This document shows positions 10,302 through 19,787 of a stretch of 32,000 nt of DNA, in pieces. The stretch is from Methanothermus fervidus DSM 2088 (GTDB lineage: Archaea > Methanobacteriota > Methanobacteria > DSM-2088 > Methanothermaceae), in NCBI GenBank assembly GCA_000166095.1, contig CP002278.1:390001-422000 (forward strand), in the 5' to 3' direction. The translations under genes were made by a program, and so were the position numbers. The notes beneath the pieces were generated by a model. That model was not told the origin of the DNA and made no database searches. It saw nothing but the letters and a program-made list of their open reading frames with translations. Every line of letters starts with the position of its first letter. The first letter of the stretch is position 1.

Positions 10302-10865
10302 ATGGGAGGAACAATCTTGCATGAGAAAAGTAAGGAAATAGGGCTTAGGATAAAGGAATTAAGGAAATTATCAAACATTAGCGCAAAAGAAATGTCTAAA
10401 TTTCTTGGCATACCTGTAGAATTATATAAAAAATATGAAAATGGAGAAGAAGACATTCCTGTAAGTTTACTTTTTGAAGTTGCACAAAAATTAAATGTAG
10501 ATATGGGATTACTACTGACAGGTAAAGAAACAAGAATGCATATTTTTACAGTGACAAGAAAAGGTAAAGGTGTAAAAGTTAAAAGACGGGAAGATTATGA
10601 ATATGAAAGCCTAGCTGAAAAATTTATCCATAAAAAAGCAGAGCCTTTTATTGTTACAGTTAAACCAGGGAAAGGAAAACCCAAAATGAATAGTCATCCT
10701 GGACAGGAATTTGATTATGTATTGAAAGGCACCCTTAAAGTTTATATTCACAATCATGAAATCATTTTAAATGAAGGAGATTCTATATTTTTTGATTCTT
10801 CCTACAAACATGCAATGGAAGCAGTTGGTGACAAAGAAGCAAAATTCTTGGCTATAATAATGTAA
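10302..10865 (+). CDS. XRE-family HTH transcriptional regulator with C-terminal cupin domain
   Basis: N-terminal HTH ([37 protein letters not shown]) and a C-terminal cupin fold ([41 protein letters not shown]). Confidence 0.85.
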   Translation: MGGTILHEKSKEIGLRIKELRKLSNISAKEMSKFLGIPVELYKKYENGEEDIPVSLLFEVAQKLNVDMGLLLTGKETRMHIFTVTRKGKGVKVKRREDYEYESLAEKFIHKKAEPFIVTVKPGKGKPKMNSHPGQEFDYVLKGTLKVYIHNHEIILNEGDSIFFDSSYKHAMEAVGDKEAKFLAIIM

Positions 10866-10879
10866 AGTGAGGTGTACTT

Positions 10880-12574
10880 ATGGCATCTTTACTCAATGAA
10901 TTTGTAAATAGAGTAAATTTTGAATCTTACGAAGATTTCAAGAAAAATTTTAAAATAATAGTTCCAGATAATTTCAATTTTGCATATGACGTAGTTGACA
11001 GATATGCTGAGGAAGTACCTGGAAAAAGGGCTCTTGTATGGTGCGATGACAACGGGAATGAAAAGATATTAAATTTTGCGGATATGAAATTACAATCAGA
11101 CAAAGTTGCTAACTTTTTACGAAATTTAGGTGTGAAAAAAGGCGATAAAGTAATGCTAACTCTTAAAGGAAGATATGAATTTTGGTTTTCATTGTTAGCC
11201 TTACATAAAATAGGAGCTATAGCTGTACCTGCTACCCATATGCTCAGAGAAAAGGATATAGTATATCGTATAAAAAAAGCAGGTATAGACACAGTTATCT
11301 CTGTAGATGATAAAGACTTAATTGAGTCTTATGAAAGCGCTGAAAAAAAATTAGGTGTAGAACTCAAGAAAATTATAGTAGGAAATGAAAGAGATGGATG
11401 GTTAAACTTCAGGGAAGAAGTTAAGAAAACACCTTCAAACTTTAAAAAACCAGAAGGTGACAAGTATCCTTCAGGGAATGACATATCTCTTATCTATTTT
11501 TCTTCGGGTACTACTGGAATGCCAAAGATGATCCAACATGATTTCAACTATCCACTTGCACATATAATAACAGCAAAATATTGGCAAAATGTTCGTGAAG
11601 GTGGATTACATTATACATTGTCAGACACAGGTTGGGCAAAATCTGTCTGGGGACAAATATATGGTCAATGGATAGCCGGAAGTGCAGTATTTGTTTATGA
11701 TTTTGATAGGTTTGATCCCCACAAAGTATTGAAGAAAATTGAAAAATATAAAATTAATACTTTTTGTGCACCTCCTACAGTATATAGATTCTTCATAAAG
11801 CAAGATTTATCCAAATATGATTTATCCAGTATAGAACATGCTGTAACTGCTGGTGAGCCTTTAAACCCAGAAGTATTTAAAAAATTTTATGAAGAGACTG
11901 GAATTAAAATCATGGAAGGGTTTGGACAGACAGAATGTACTTTATGTATAGCCAACTTCATTTGGATGGAACCAAAACCAGGATCTATGGGTAAGCCATC
12001 GCCACTTTACGATGTAAAAGTTGTTGACAAAGAAGGCAATGAAGTAGACATTGGAGAAGAAGGAGAAATAGCAATTGATACTTCTGATGGTAGGCCTTTA
12101 GGACTATTTCTAGGCTATTATAAAGATCCTGAAAAAACAAAAAAAGCATGGCATAATGATTTGTATCACACAGGAGATACAGCATGGGTAGATGAAGATG
12201 GATACTTTTGGTTTGTTGGAAGAAACGATGACGTAATAAATAGTTCAGGATATCGTATAGGTCCGTTTGAAGTAGAAAGTGCTATTATTTCACATCCTGC
12301 AGTTCTTGAATGTGCAGTGACTGGTTATCCAGATCCAATTAGAGGTCAGGTTGTAAAAGCAACTATAGTATTAACTGATGGATATGAACCATCTGAAAAA
12401 CTAAAAAAGGAAATTCAAGAACATGTAAAGAAAGTTACAGCGCCATATAAATATCCAAGAATAATTGAGTTTGTCGATGAATTACCAAAGACTATTAGTG
12501 GTAAAATCAAGAGGGCCGAAATAAGGAAAAGAGACGAGATGAGATATAAAAAAGAACAACAAAAGAAATTATGA
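10880..12574 (+). CDS. AMP-forming acyl-CoA synthetase (medium/short-chain acyl-CoA ligase-like)
   Basis: 564 aa with ANL-superfamily motifs: [56 protein letters not shown]. Confidence 0.9.
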   Translation: MASLLNEFVNRVNFESYEDFKKNFKIIVPDNFNFAYDVVDRYAEEVPGKRALVWCDDNGNEKILNFADMKLQSDKVANFLRNLGVKKGDKVMLTLKGRYEFWFSLLALHKIGAIAVPATHMLREKDIVYRIKKAGIDTVISVDDKDLIESYESAEKKLGVELKKIIVGNERDGWLNFREEVKKTPSNFKKPEGDKYPSGNDISLIYFSSGTTGMPKMIQHDFNYPLAHIITAKYWQNVREGGLHYTLSDTGWAKSVWGQIYGQWIAGSAVFVYDFDRFDPHKVLKKIEKYKINTFCAPPTVYRFFIKQDLSKYDLSSIEHAVTAGEPLNPEVFKKFYEETGIKIMEGFGQTECTLCIANFIWMEPKPGSMGKPSPLYDVKVVDKEGNEVDIGEEGEIAIDTSDGRPLGLFLGYYKDPEKTKKAWHNDLYHTGDTAWVDEDGYFWFVGRNDDVINSSGYRIGPFEVESAIISHPAVLECAVTGYPDPIRGQVVKATIVLTDGYEPSEKLKKEIQEHVKKVTAPYKYPRIIEFVDELPKTISGKIKRAEIRKRDEMRYKKEQQKKL

Positions 12575-12589
12575 TTTTGGGGATAGAGA

Positions 12590-13624
12590 ATGGGTGTACA
12601 ATTAGTTAGAGGGAATAGTGCAATAGTAATTGGAGCATTGTATGCTGGCTGTGATTGTTTTTTTGGATACCCTATTACACCTGCTAGTGAAATACTTCAT
12701 GAGGCATCTAGATATTTCCCAATGCTTGGAAGAAAATTCGTTCAGGCAGAATCAGAGGAAGCTGCCATAAATATGGTTTATGGAGCAGCTGCCGCGGGAC
12801 ATAGAGCAATGACAGCGTCTTCAGGACCTGGAATGAGTTTAATGCAAGAAGGTATTTCATATTTAGCTGGGTCTGAACTCCCTGCAGTAATTGTAAATAT
12901 TATGAGAGCAGGTCCTGGTTTAGGAAACATAGGACCTGAACAAGGTGACTATAATCAGATTGTAAAAGGCGGCGGACATGGTAATTATAAAAACATGGTT
13001 TTAGCTCCAAATAGTGTTCAAGAAATGTGCGATTTAACAATGGATGCATTTGACTTGGCAGAAAAATATAGAAATCCAGTTGTTATTCTTGCCGATGGTG
13101 TTTTAGGACAGATGGCAGAACCAATGAGATTTCCATCAAAAGCTATAAAACCAAATTTAAATAAAGATTGGGCAGTTCGTGGAACAAAAGACTCTCGAGG
13201 GAATCTTATAACATCTATACGTTTAGATTTTGACAAACTTGAAAAATTAAATAAAAAATTACAAAAAAAATACAAAAAAATGAAAGAAGATGTTAGATAT
13301 GAAGAATATAAAACAGAAGATGCTGAAATTATTTTGGTTGCTTATGGCATAAGCAGTAGGATCTCTAAACATGCTGTAGATATAGCAAGAGATAAGGGAA
13401 TTAAAGTTGGTTTATTGAGGCCTATAACTTTATTTCCATTTCCTGAAAATAAATTGAACAAGTTAAGTGAAGAAGGATGTAAGTTTGTAGCAGTGGAGAT
13501 GAGCAATGGTCAAATGAAAGAAGAAATAGAAAGAATAACAAAGCAAAAGGTTCACATTGTCAGCAGAATGGGTGGAAACATTATAGAAGTAAGAGATATC
13601 CTTCAAAAACTTTATAAATTCTAG
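12590..13624 (+). CDS. 2-oxoacid:ferredoxin oxidoreductase, alpha subunit
   Basis: 344 aa with [42 protein letters not shown] and [16 protein letters not shown], typical of Kor/Vor/Por alpha subunits. Confidence 0.9.
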   Translation: MGVQLVRGNSAIVIGALYAGCDCFFGYPITPASEILHEASRYFPMLGRKFVQAESEEAAINMVYGAAAAGHRAMTASSGPGMSLMQEGISYLAGSELPAVIVNIMRAGPGLGNIGPEQGDYNQIVKGGGHGNYKNMVLAPNSVQEMCDLTMDAFDLAEKYRNPVVILADGVLGQMAEPMRFPSKAIKPNLNKDWAVRGTKDSRGNLITSIRLDFDKLEKLNKKLQKKYKKMKEDVRYEEYKTEDAEIILVAYGISSRISKHAVDIARDKGIKVGLLRPITLFPFPENKLNKLSEEGCKFVAVEMSNGQMKEEIERITKQKVHIVSRMGGNIIEVRDILQKLYKF

Positions 13625-13634
13625 GAGGAGCAGC

Positions 13635-15068
13635 ATGGGTAAAAAAATCTTAAAAAAACCAAATTCTCTTTACAATGTATTTCATAGAAAAGAATATGGG
13701 CCAAAAACTGCAACACATTATTGTCCTGGTTGTGGTCATGGGATTTTGCATAAGTTAATTGCTGAATGTATAGATGAACTTGGAATACAAGATCAAACTA
13801 TTCTCATAAGTCCGGTAGGATGTGCAGTTTTTGCTTATTATTATTTTGATTGTGGTAATATACAAGCTGCACATGGTAGAGCTCCAGCTGTTGGTACAGG
13901 AGTGTCCCGAGCTGAAGATGATGCAATAGTGATACTATATCAAGGAGATGGAGATCTTGCATCTATAGGTTTGAATGAAACAATACAGGCTGCCAATAGA
14001 GGAGAAAGAATGGCTGTATTTTTTGTTAATAATACTGTTTATGGTATGACAGGTGGAGAAATGGCTCCAACAACATTAGTGGATGAAATCACGACAACAA
14101 CACCCCAAGGTAGAGACCCAAAACTTACTGGTTATCCAATACATATATGTGAATTATTAAATAAACTTAAAGCTCCAGTCTTTATAGAAAGAGTCTCACT
14201 TTATGATGCAAAAAGTATAAGAAAAGCAAAAATTGCCATAAAAAAGGCTCTTAAAATACAAAAAGAAAGAAAAGGTTATGCATTTGTAGAGGTACTTTCA
14301 CCATGCCCTACTAATTTTAACCATGAAATAACCGACGTTAAAAATTTCATGAAAAAAATGGAAGAAGAATTCCCTGTAAAAAATTTCAGAGATTTTAGTA
14401 AAGATGTTAAACCAATGCCAAAAATGAAAAGTGATTTTTCAAAAGAAAGTTTAGATAAAATCTTTAAAATAAATGAAAGATCTTTGCCATCTCCAAAACA
14501 TGATAAAAGGTTTGAAGAAATTAAAATAAAGCTCGCAGGGTTTGGAGGTCAGGGAATTATCAGTATGGGATTCATTTTGGCTCAAGCAGGGTGCATTGAA
14601 AGAAAATATGTTACCTGGTATCCATCTTATGGTCCAGAACAAAGAGGAGGAATTTCTAGCTGTGATGTCGTTATTTCAGGAAGTGAAGTATCTTCTCCAG
14701 TTGTCCATGAACCTAATATATTGGTTGCATTTACTCAAAGTTCAATTGAAAAATTTAAAGATAAAGTAAAGGATGTTATTTTATATGATTCAACAACTTT
14801 CAGATTTGAAGAACCTACAGATTTAAACATTATAGCAGTTCCTGCATTAAAAATTGCAAAAAAAGAAGGTATTAAAAGAGCTGCCAACACTGCAATGTTA
14901 GGGGCTCTAACAGAATTAAATTTAATAAATATATCAAAAGATTCATTTAAATCAGCAATAAAAATGGCTTTTCAAGGAAAAGACAAAATAATCAACAAAA
15001 ATTTAGAAATATTTGAAAAAGGTGCAAAATGGGCAAGAGAAAATTTATCAGAAATTAATATCATCTAA
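13635..15068 (+). CDS. 2-oxoacid:ferredoxin oxidoreductase, beta (TPP/Fe-S) subunit fused to a gamma-subunit domain
   Basis: The N-terminal roughly 245 aa form the beta subunit ([24 protein letters not shown] motif, SPCPTN). After a Lys-rich linker, the region from about nt 14517 reads as a gamma subunit ([46 protein letters not shown]). Confidence 0.85.
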   Translation: MGKKILKKPNSLYNVFHRKEYGPKTATHYCPGCGHGILHKLIAECIDELGIQDQTILISPVGCAVFAYYYFDCGNIQAAHGRAPAVGTGVSRAEDDAIVILYQGDGDLASIGLNETIQAANRGERMAVFFVNNTVYGMTGGEMAPTTLVDEITTTTPQGRDPKLTGYPIHICELLNKLKAPVFIERVSLYDAKSIRKAKIAIKKALKIQKERKGYAFVEVLSPCPTNFNHEITDVKNFMKKMEEEFPVKNFRDFSKDVKPMPKMKSDFSKESLDKIFKINERSLPSPKHDKRFEEIKIKLAGFGGQGIISMGFILAQAGCIERKYVTWYPSYGPEQRGGISSCDVVISGSEVSSPVVHEPNILVAFTQSSIEKFKDKVKDVILYDSTTFRFEEPTDLNIIAVPALKIAKKEGIKRAANTAMLGALTELNLINISKDSFKSAIKMAFQGKDKIINKNLEIFEKGAKWARENLSEINII

Positions 15069-16727
15069 TAAAGAAAATTCATTTATATCCATTAATAATT
15101 CTGCAGACTTAATATTTACTTTAATTCCATTCTCTTTTAGGGCAGCAATTAAATTTAAACCACCAGGAGTAACAATTCCTACTCTATATCTTTCCACTTT
15201 TGCATTATATAAAATTTCATTCGTTTTGCCAACCTTCATAATTTGAAAATTGGCTTTTTTAAGTTTTTTAATTACCTTTAAAGCCTTGTTTCTTGCTAAG
15301 TATGGTATTTCTCTCAAACTTGCCAATATTGTGGAAGTTTTAGATGATCTATATATTTTTGTCATGTTCTTTGAAATATATATCTCATGAGGGTCAAAAG
15401 ATGATCCACTATAATCTATAAGTTCTACAAATCTTTTTTTATTATTTTTTATTTCAAGTAAACCTCCATATCTTGGAACAGACATTATTCCATTGTTTAT
15501 AAGTACGCCATCTATAGTCAAACTACATACAGTTGCTATATCTACTTTATTATCTCTTTCTTTTAATTTTATAGAAGGAAACACAGAATATTCTGGTTTT
15601 TCATCAATAATGGTTTGAAATATTTCCAATGCATCATTTAAGTATTTTTTATCTATAGTTGATAAATTTGCAATGACTTTTCCATCCAATTTTTTGATAT
15701 CCAAGTCTACCTGTCCTATTAGATTCCACACTTTTGTTAATAAAGGCACGATTTTCTTACCTTTCTCTTTTTTACTCTTTTTTAGGATCGGATTTGTTTG
15801 TGTTATGGTTTTAAGATTTTTAAATTCTGTTAAATCCTCAGCAACTTTAATATCAATATCATATCCTGCTTCATGTACCGCACAAATTGGAGTAATGCCC
15901 CCAACTATTGCTATTCCAATCATTCCATCATCTACCGGTACTCCCAATACTTTTTTTTCTCCAATTTTTAGTAAACCATTTATACCTATTTTACGAAGTT
16001 TTTTAAATAGATTTATTGCTTTTTCTTTAGCAGACTTTGGTATAATACGAAAATTAGCAGGAATTTTCCCCTTACCTTCATTTACTACATCAAGAACTGA
16101 AGTTAATTCCTTTGTAGCAAATGCTTCTAATGGTGTCATCGAAGTTTTCTTATATTCAATCAACTCTGTAAACTTTATTGGACGGAAATCTTCAACTTCG
16201 ACTAATCCTCCAAACTTAGGTATTACTGGAATTCCTTCATTTAAAAGCATTCCATCTACTGTGGTTCCACAAATAGTTTTTACTTCATATTTTCCATTTT
16301 TTTTATTTAATCCTACTTTAGGACTTACACACAACCCCGTATGGAAAATCTTTTTCATCATGTTAAAAGCTTCAGATGGAATCACTGATATGTTTACAAC
16401 AACTTTACCTTCACCTGTTTTTGGATTCAACGTTGTTTCATACATCATATTTTCGAATCTGGAAAATATGAAATCAACCTGATCATATACAAGGCCTCTT
16501 TCTACTTCTTTTAATCCTTTTTTTGTTATTTTCCTACCAGAATAACCTATACGTTTTGTAAGTCCTCTTTCGTCAAGTATACGCATGTGGTATCTTACAG
16601 CCCTTTCTCCAATATCATATCCTCTCTCTTTAAGTTCTCTTGCTACAGCTCTTGCCCCCAAGACTTCATTATGTTCGGCAAGAATTCTTAAAATTTCTAA
16701 TAATTTTTTATCAAATTCTTTAAACAT
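15048..16727 (-). CDS. nrpR: Nitrogen regulatory repressor NrpR (winged HTH plus two NrpR/DUF128 domains)
   Basis: N-terminal wHTH ([48 protein letters not shown]) followed by two paralogous domains (..[27 protein letters not shown].. and ..[27 protein letters not shown]..). The ORF opens at TTG 16739; ATG 16727 follows GGTG. Confidence 0.88.
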   Translation of the reverse strand: MFKEFDKKLLEILRILAEHNEVLGARAVARELKERGYDIGERAVRYHMRILDERGLTKRIGYSGRKITKKGLKEVERGLVYDQVDFIFSRFENMMYETTLNPKTGEGKVVVNISVIPSEAFNMMKKIFHTGLCVSPKVGLNKKNGKYEVKTICGTTVDGMLLNEGIPVIPKFGGLVEVEDFRPIKFTELIEYKKTSMTPLEAFATKELTSVLDVVNEGKGKIPANFRIIPKSAKEKAINLFKKLRKIGINGLLKIGEKKVLGVPVDDGMIGIAIVGGITPICAVHEAGYDIDIKVAEDLTEFKNLKTITQTNPILKKSKKEKGKKIVPLLTKVWNLIGQVDLDIKKLDGKVIANLSTIDKKYLNDALEIFQTIIDEKPEYSVFPSIKLKERDNKVDIATVCSLTIDGVLINNGIMSVPRYGGLLEIKNNKKRFVELIDYSGSSFDPHEIYISKNMTKIYRSSKTSTILASLREIPYLARNKALKVIKKLKKANFQIMKVGKTNEILYNAKVERYRVGIVTPGGLNLIAALKENGIKVNIKSAELLMDINEFSLLDDINF

Positions 16728-16739
16728 GAAAAACACCAA

Positions 16740-16876
16740 CTGAAAAATTTAAAATTTAAAACTTATGATACACTAAAAACTTTTTTATTGAATCACTTAA
16801 AAAATTATATAGATAAATTATACTATTTGAGATTAACTATTTTTGCAAATTTTTATTAGAAGGAAGGAGGAGTAGT
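16740..16876. promoter_or_regulatory. Divergent nrpR / small-ORF-ACT-hom operon intergenic promoter region
   Basis: A 137-nt AT-rich spacer with TATA-like AAAATTATATAGATAAATTATAC, the direct repeat AAATTTAAAATTTAAAA, and a strong GGAAGGAGGAG SD before GTG 16877. Confidence 0.3.
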
Positions 16877-17095
16877 GTGAAAGTTAAAAAAGATGCAAAA
16901 AAAATATTAGATGAATTTTCTAAAGCATTGGAAAATATACCTAAATTAGATGAGACATATTACATTGTTGATAATACTAATAGAACACGCCCTGACGTTG
17001 TTTCAAAGACTAAAAATCCAACTAAACTTTTAAAAAATGCTAAAACTAATGAAAAAGGGGAAATAATAGTCGAAAGAGGTAAATGGGTCAAATGA
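16877..17095 (+). CDS. Small conserved-looking protein (72 aa), weakly GatC-like
   Basis: GTG start follows GGAAGGAGGAG. The C-terminal pattern NRTRPDVV...LLKNAKTNEKGEIIVERG resembles the GatC tail (N-x-R-x-D-x-V ... L-x-N-A ... G-x-F-x-V), but the usual N-terminal helix is absent. The stop overlaps the next gene's ATG (ATGA). Confidence 0.5.
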   Translation: MKVKKDAKKILDEFSKALENIPKLDETYYIVDNTNRTRPDVVSKTKNPTKLLKNAKTNEKGEIIVERGKWVK

Positions 17096-17599
17096 AGGGA
17101 AAAATAATGCGAATGAATCTTGTTCTTGAGCTTCTAGATGTTCCAGGACAACTGTTTAATGCATTAAAACCTATAGCTTCTGCTGGTGCCAATATAGTAA
17201 CAATAATACACGAAAGAGAAAAAAGCGCTAGAGGAAAAAAAAGTACCAGTTTCAATAACAATTGAAGGTGATAAAAAAACTCTAGATTTAGCACTTGAAG
17301 GATTAAAAGCAGCAGGAATACCCATTGTCAAAATTGACGGTGTTACACAAAAAGAAGATACAACCTTAATATTCATTGGAAAAAACATGGATCAAAAAAT
17401 CCAAGAAATTTTAAATAAAGTAGATTCTATTACTGAAACAAGAATTGTAGACTTATCTTTTAAAATTTCCCATAAACCAGGAACAGCTGCAGCAAAATTA
17501 GTTATAGAAACTCCAAAAAATAAAAAAGAAAGTGTAATAGGGAAAGTAAAGAAACTTGCATCGAAAAGAAATATTCTAGTGATATGTGAGGCAGGATAA
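17092..17599 (+). pseudogene. ACT-domain protein (COG2150-like amino-acid-binding regulator) interrupted by a +1 frameshift in an A8 run
   Basis: Frame 1 (17092-17241) gives MKGKIMRMNLVLELLDVPGQLFNALKPIASAGANIVTIIHEREKSARGKK. The sequence continues only in the next frame from 17243 (VPVSITIEGDKKTLDLALEGLKAAGIPIVKIDG...ILVICEAG*). The junction is AAAAAAAA at 17235-17242. Skipping one A gives a single 168-aa ACT protein. As written, frame 1 stops at 17263-17265. Confidence 0.75.
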
Positions 17600-17600
17600 G

Positions 17601-18611
17601 ATGAGATTGTGTTTAGTGGGTTTTGGATCTGTAGGACAAGGAGTTGCAGAAGCATTGTTATTAAAAAATAAGTTTTTGAAAAAAAGATATGGTCTAAATG
17701 TTAAAGTTGTAGCAGTAGCCGATTCCTCAGGAGCTGCACTTAATCAAAATGGGTTAAATCTTGAAAAATTATTAAAAATAAAGCAAAAGACAGGGAAAGT
17801 ATCAAATTATCCTAATTATGGCGTTGAAGGCGTTACTGCACTTGAAGTCCTAGATGAAATAGATTATGATTGCTTAGTTGAAATGACACCAACCAATATT
17901 ACTGATGGTGAGCCAGCAAGAAAATTAACAATAAAAGCTATAAAAGATGGCAAAGATGTTGTGACCTCAAATAAAGGACATTTAGCTCTTTATTTCCCAA
18001 AACTTATGAAAATTGCCAAAAAGAATAATGTTAAATTTAAATTTGAGGCATCAGTAGGAGGGGCCATGCCAATCATAAATTTTGCAAAATATAATTTACC
18101 TTCATGTAGTATAGAATCTATCATAGGAATATTAAATGGAACAACAAATTTTATATTATCTAGAATGGCATCTGAAGGATCATCGTATGAACAGGCTTTA
18201 AAAGAAGCACAGGAACTAGGAATAGCAGAAACAGATCCAACATATGATGTTGAAGGTATAGATGCTGCTTGCAAATCTGTTATTTTGGCTAATTCAATTA
18301 TGGAATTAAATTGTACTCTAGAAGATGTTGATATTACTGGGATAACAAATATAACCCCGGAAGCTATAGATTTAGCTAAAGATGAAGGATATTTAATAAA
18401 ATTAATAGCAGAAATATCTAAAGATAGGATGGAAGTTTCACCAAGACTTGTAGATAAAAATTCACCATTAGCAGTTGATGGTACTTTAAATGTAGCAATG
18501 TTAAAAACAGATCTTGCAAAAAATATTACTGTTATGGGACGTGGAGCAGGTCCATTAGAAACTGCATCTGCAATACTTACAGACATCATAAATATATGGC
18601 GAGAAAAATGA
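17601..18611 (+). CDS. hom: Homoserine dehydrogenase
   Basis: [16 protein letters not shown] Rossmann N-terminus, then [21 protein letters not shown] and [14 protein letters not shown] 17601 lies 1 nt after the ACT-gene stop. The ORF opens at 17586. Confidence 0.93.
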   Translation: MRLCLVGFGSVGQGVAEALLLKNKFLKKRYGLNVKVVAVADSSGAALNQNGLNLEKLLKIKQKTGKVSNYPNYGVEGVTALEVLDEIDYDCLVEMTPTNITDGEPARKLTIKAIKDGKDVVTSNKGHLALYFPKLMKIAKKNNVKFKFEASVGGAMPIINFAKYNLPSCSIESIIGILNGTTNFILSRMASEGSSYEQALKEAQELGIAETDPTYDVEGIDAACKSVILANSIMELNCTLEDVDITGITNITPEAIDLAKDEGYLIKLIAEISKDRMEVSPRLVDKNSPLAVDGTLNVAMLKTDLAKNITVMGRGAGPLETASAILTDIINIWREK

Positions 18612-19783
18612 AATATGTAATTCTAGTTGGCGACGGGATGGCTGATTATCCTATAGAGGATCTAGGTAATAAAACGCCACTACAAGTAGCAAATAAGCCT
18701 AATATGGATGAGCTAGCTAAAAAAGGTTGTAGTGGCCTTTTAAAAACTATACCTAAAGGTATGAATCCAGGTTCAGATGTAGCAAATTTATCTATTTTCG
18801 GATATAATCCCAAAAAATATTATACTGGAAGAGGTCCATTAGAAGCAGCAAGTCTTGGAATTAAATTGAAAAATGATGAAGTAGCATTTAGATGTAATTT
18901 TGTAACTGTAAATAATAATGTTATGGTAGATTTCAGTGCTGATCATATAACTACTGAAGAATCTAAAGAATTAATTAATGTTTTAAATAATAAAATAAAA
19001 AGTGGTAAGTTTTACGTTGGTGTAAGTTATAGAAATATATTCATATATCCTGATGGAAAAATCAATAAATTAAAAACTACTCCACCACATGACATAGTTG
19101 GTGAACGCATTGATAAATATTTACCAAAAGGTGAAAATTCGAAGAAGATTGTTGAGATAATGGAAAAATCTAGAGAGATTCTTAATAATCATCCAATCAA
19201 CAAGCAGCGAGAAAAAAATGGTAAAAAGCCAGCGAACATGATATGGCTATGGGGACAAGGAAAAAGGCCAAAAATGATACCATTCGAAAAGAGATTTAAT
19301 ATTAAAGGCGCAACGATAGCAGCAGTTGATTTAATAAAAGGGATTGGTAGTTATTTAGGTCTCAAAAATATAGAAGTCCCTGGTGCTACAGGCTATATTG
19401 ATACAAATTATAAAGCTAAGGGTAAATATGCTATAAAAGCCTTAAATAATTATGATTTTGTTTATATACATGTTGAAGCTCCTGATGAAGCTGGTCATGC
19501 AGGCGATGTAGAAGAAAAAATTAAGGCAATTGAAAATATAGATTCTAAGATTTTAGGTCAAATTATTGACAATGTAAATATGGAAGAATTAACGATAGCA
19601 GTGCTTCCTGATCATTTCACCCCAGTTTCTGTGAAGACACATACATCAGAACCAGTACCGTATGTCCTTTATTCACCACGACTTAAACCTGATGACGTTT
19701 ATAGCTATGATGAATTTTCTGCTAAAAATGGTTCACTTGGTATAGATAAAGGCTATAATTTAATAAAAAAGATGATGGGGTGA
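18608..19783 (+). CDS. apgM: Archaeal cofactor-independent phosphoglycerate mutase (ApgM)
   Basis: [20 protein letters not shown]-like [32 protein letters not shown] and LPDHFTP. ATG 18608 overlaps the hom stop as ATGA. Confidence 0.92.
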   Translation: MKYVILVGDGMADYPIEDLGNKTPLQVANKPNMDELAKKGCSGLLKTIPKGMNPGSDVANLSIFGYNPKKYYTGRGPLEAASLGIKLKNDEVAFRCNFVTVNNNVMVDFSADHITTEESKELINVLNNKIKSGKFYVGVSYRNIFIYPDGKINKLKTTPPHDIVGERIDKYLPKGENSKKIVEIMEKSREILNNHPINKQREKNGKKPANMIWLWGQGKRPKMIPFEKRFNIKGATIAAVDLIKGIGSYLGLKNIEVPGATGYIDTNYKAKGKYAIKALNNYDFVYIHVEAPDEAGHAGDVEEKIKAIENIDSKILGQIIDNVNMEELTIAVLPDHFTPVSVKTHTSEPVPYVLYSPRLKPDDVYSYDEFSAKNGSLGIDKGYNLIKKMMG

Positions 19784-19787
19784 TAAA

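Noticed and set aside
13240-13285. Long poly-A/Lys-rich stretch ([19 protein letters not shown]) in the oxidoreductase alpha gene as another possible frameshift site
   Set aside because: The reading frame is continuous, and conserved sequence resumes in the same frame on both sides, so no disruption is present.
15673-16482. 269-aa ORF on the + strand
   Set aside because: It is entirely antisense to nrpR, which has clear family-level sequence features. Its translation is low-complexity and rich in F, S, I, P and T, which is what the complement of a K/E/G-rich gene in an AT-rich genome produces. There is no SD upstream.
16740-16876. Search for the NrpR nitrogen operator (GGAA-N6-TTCC) here and in the other intergenic regions
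   Set aside because: Only GGAAGGAGG, which is the SD, is present, with no paired TTCC half-site. There is no evidence for NrpR autoregulation or local targets.
17387-17599. 70-aa ORF (MDQKIQEIL...) as an independent gene
   Set aside because: Its frame is open and ACT-like well upstream of the Met, from about 17206. It is the C-terminal part of the frameshifted ACT-domain gene, not a separate gene.
17990-18589. 199-aa ORF on the - strand
   Set aside because: It is antisense to homoserine dehydrogenase. It has a shadow-ORF composition and no recognisable motifs or RBS.
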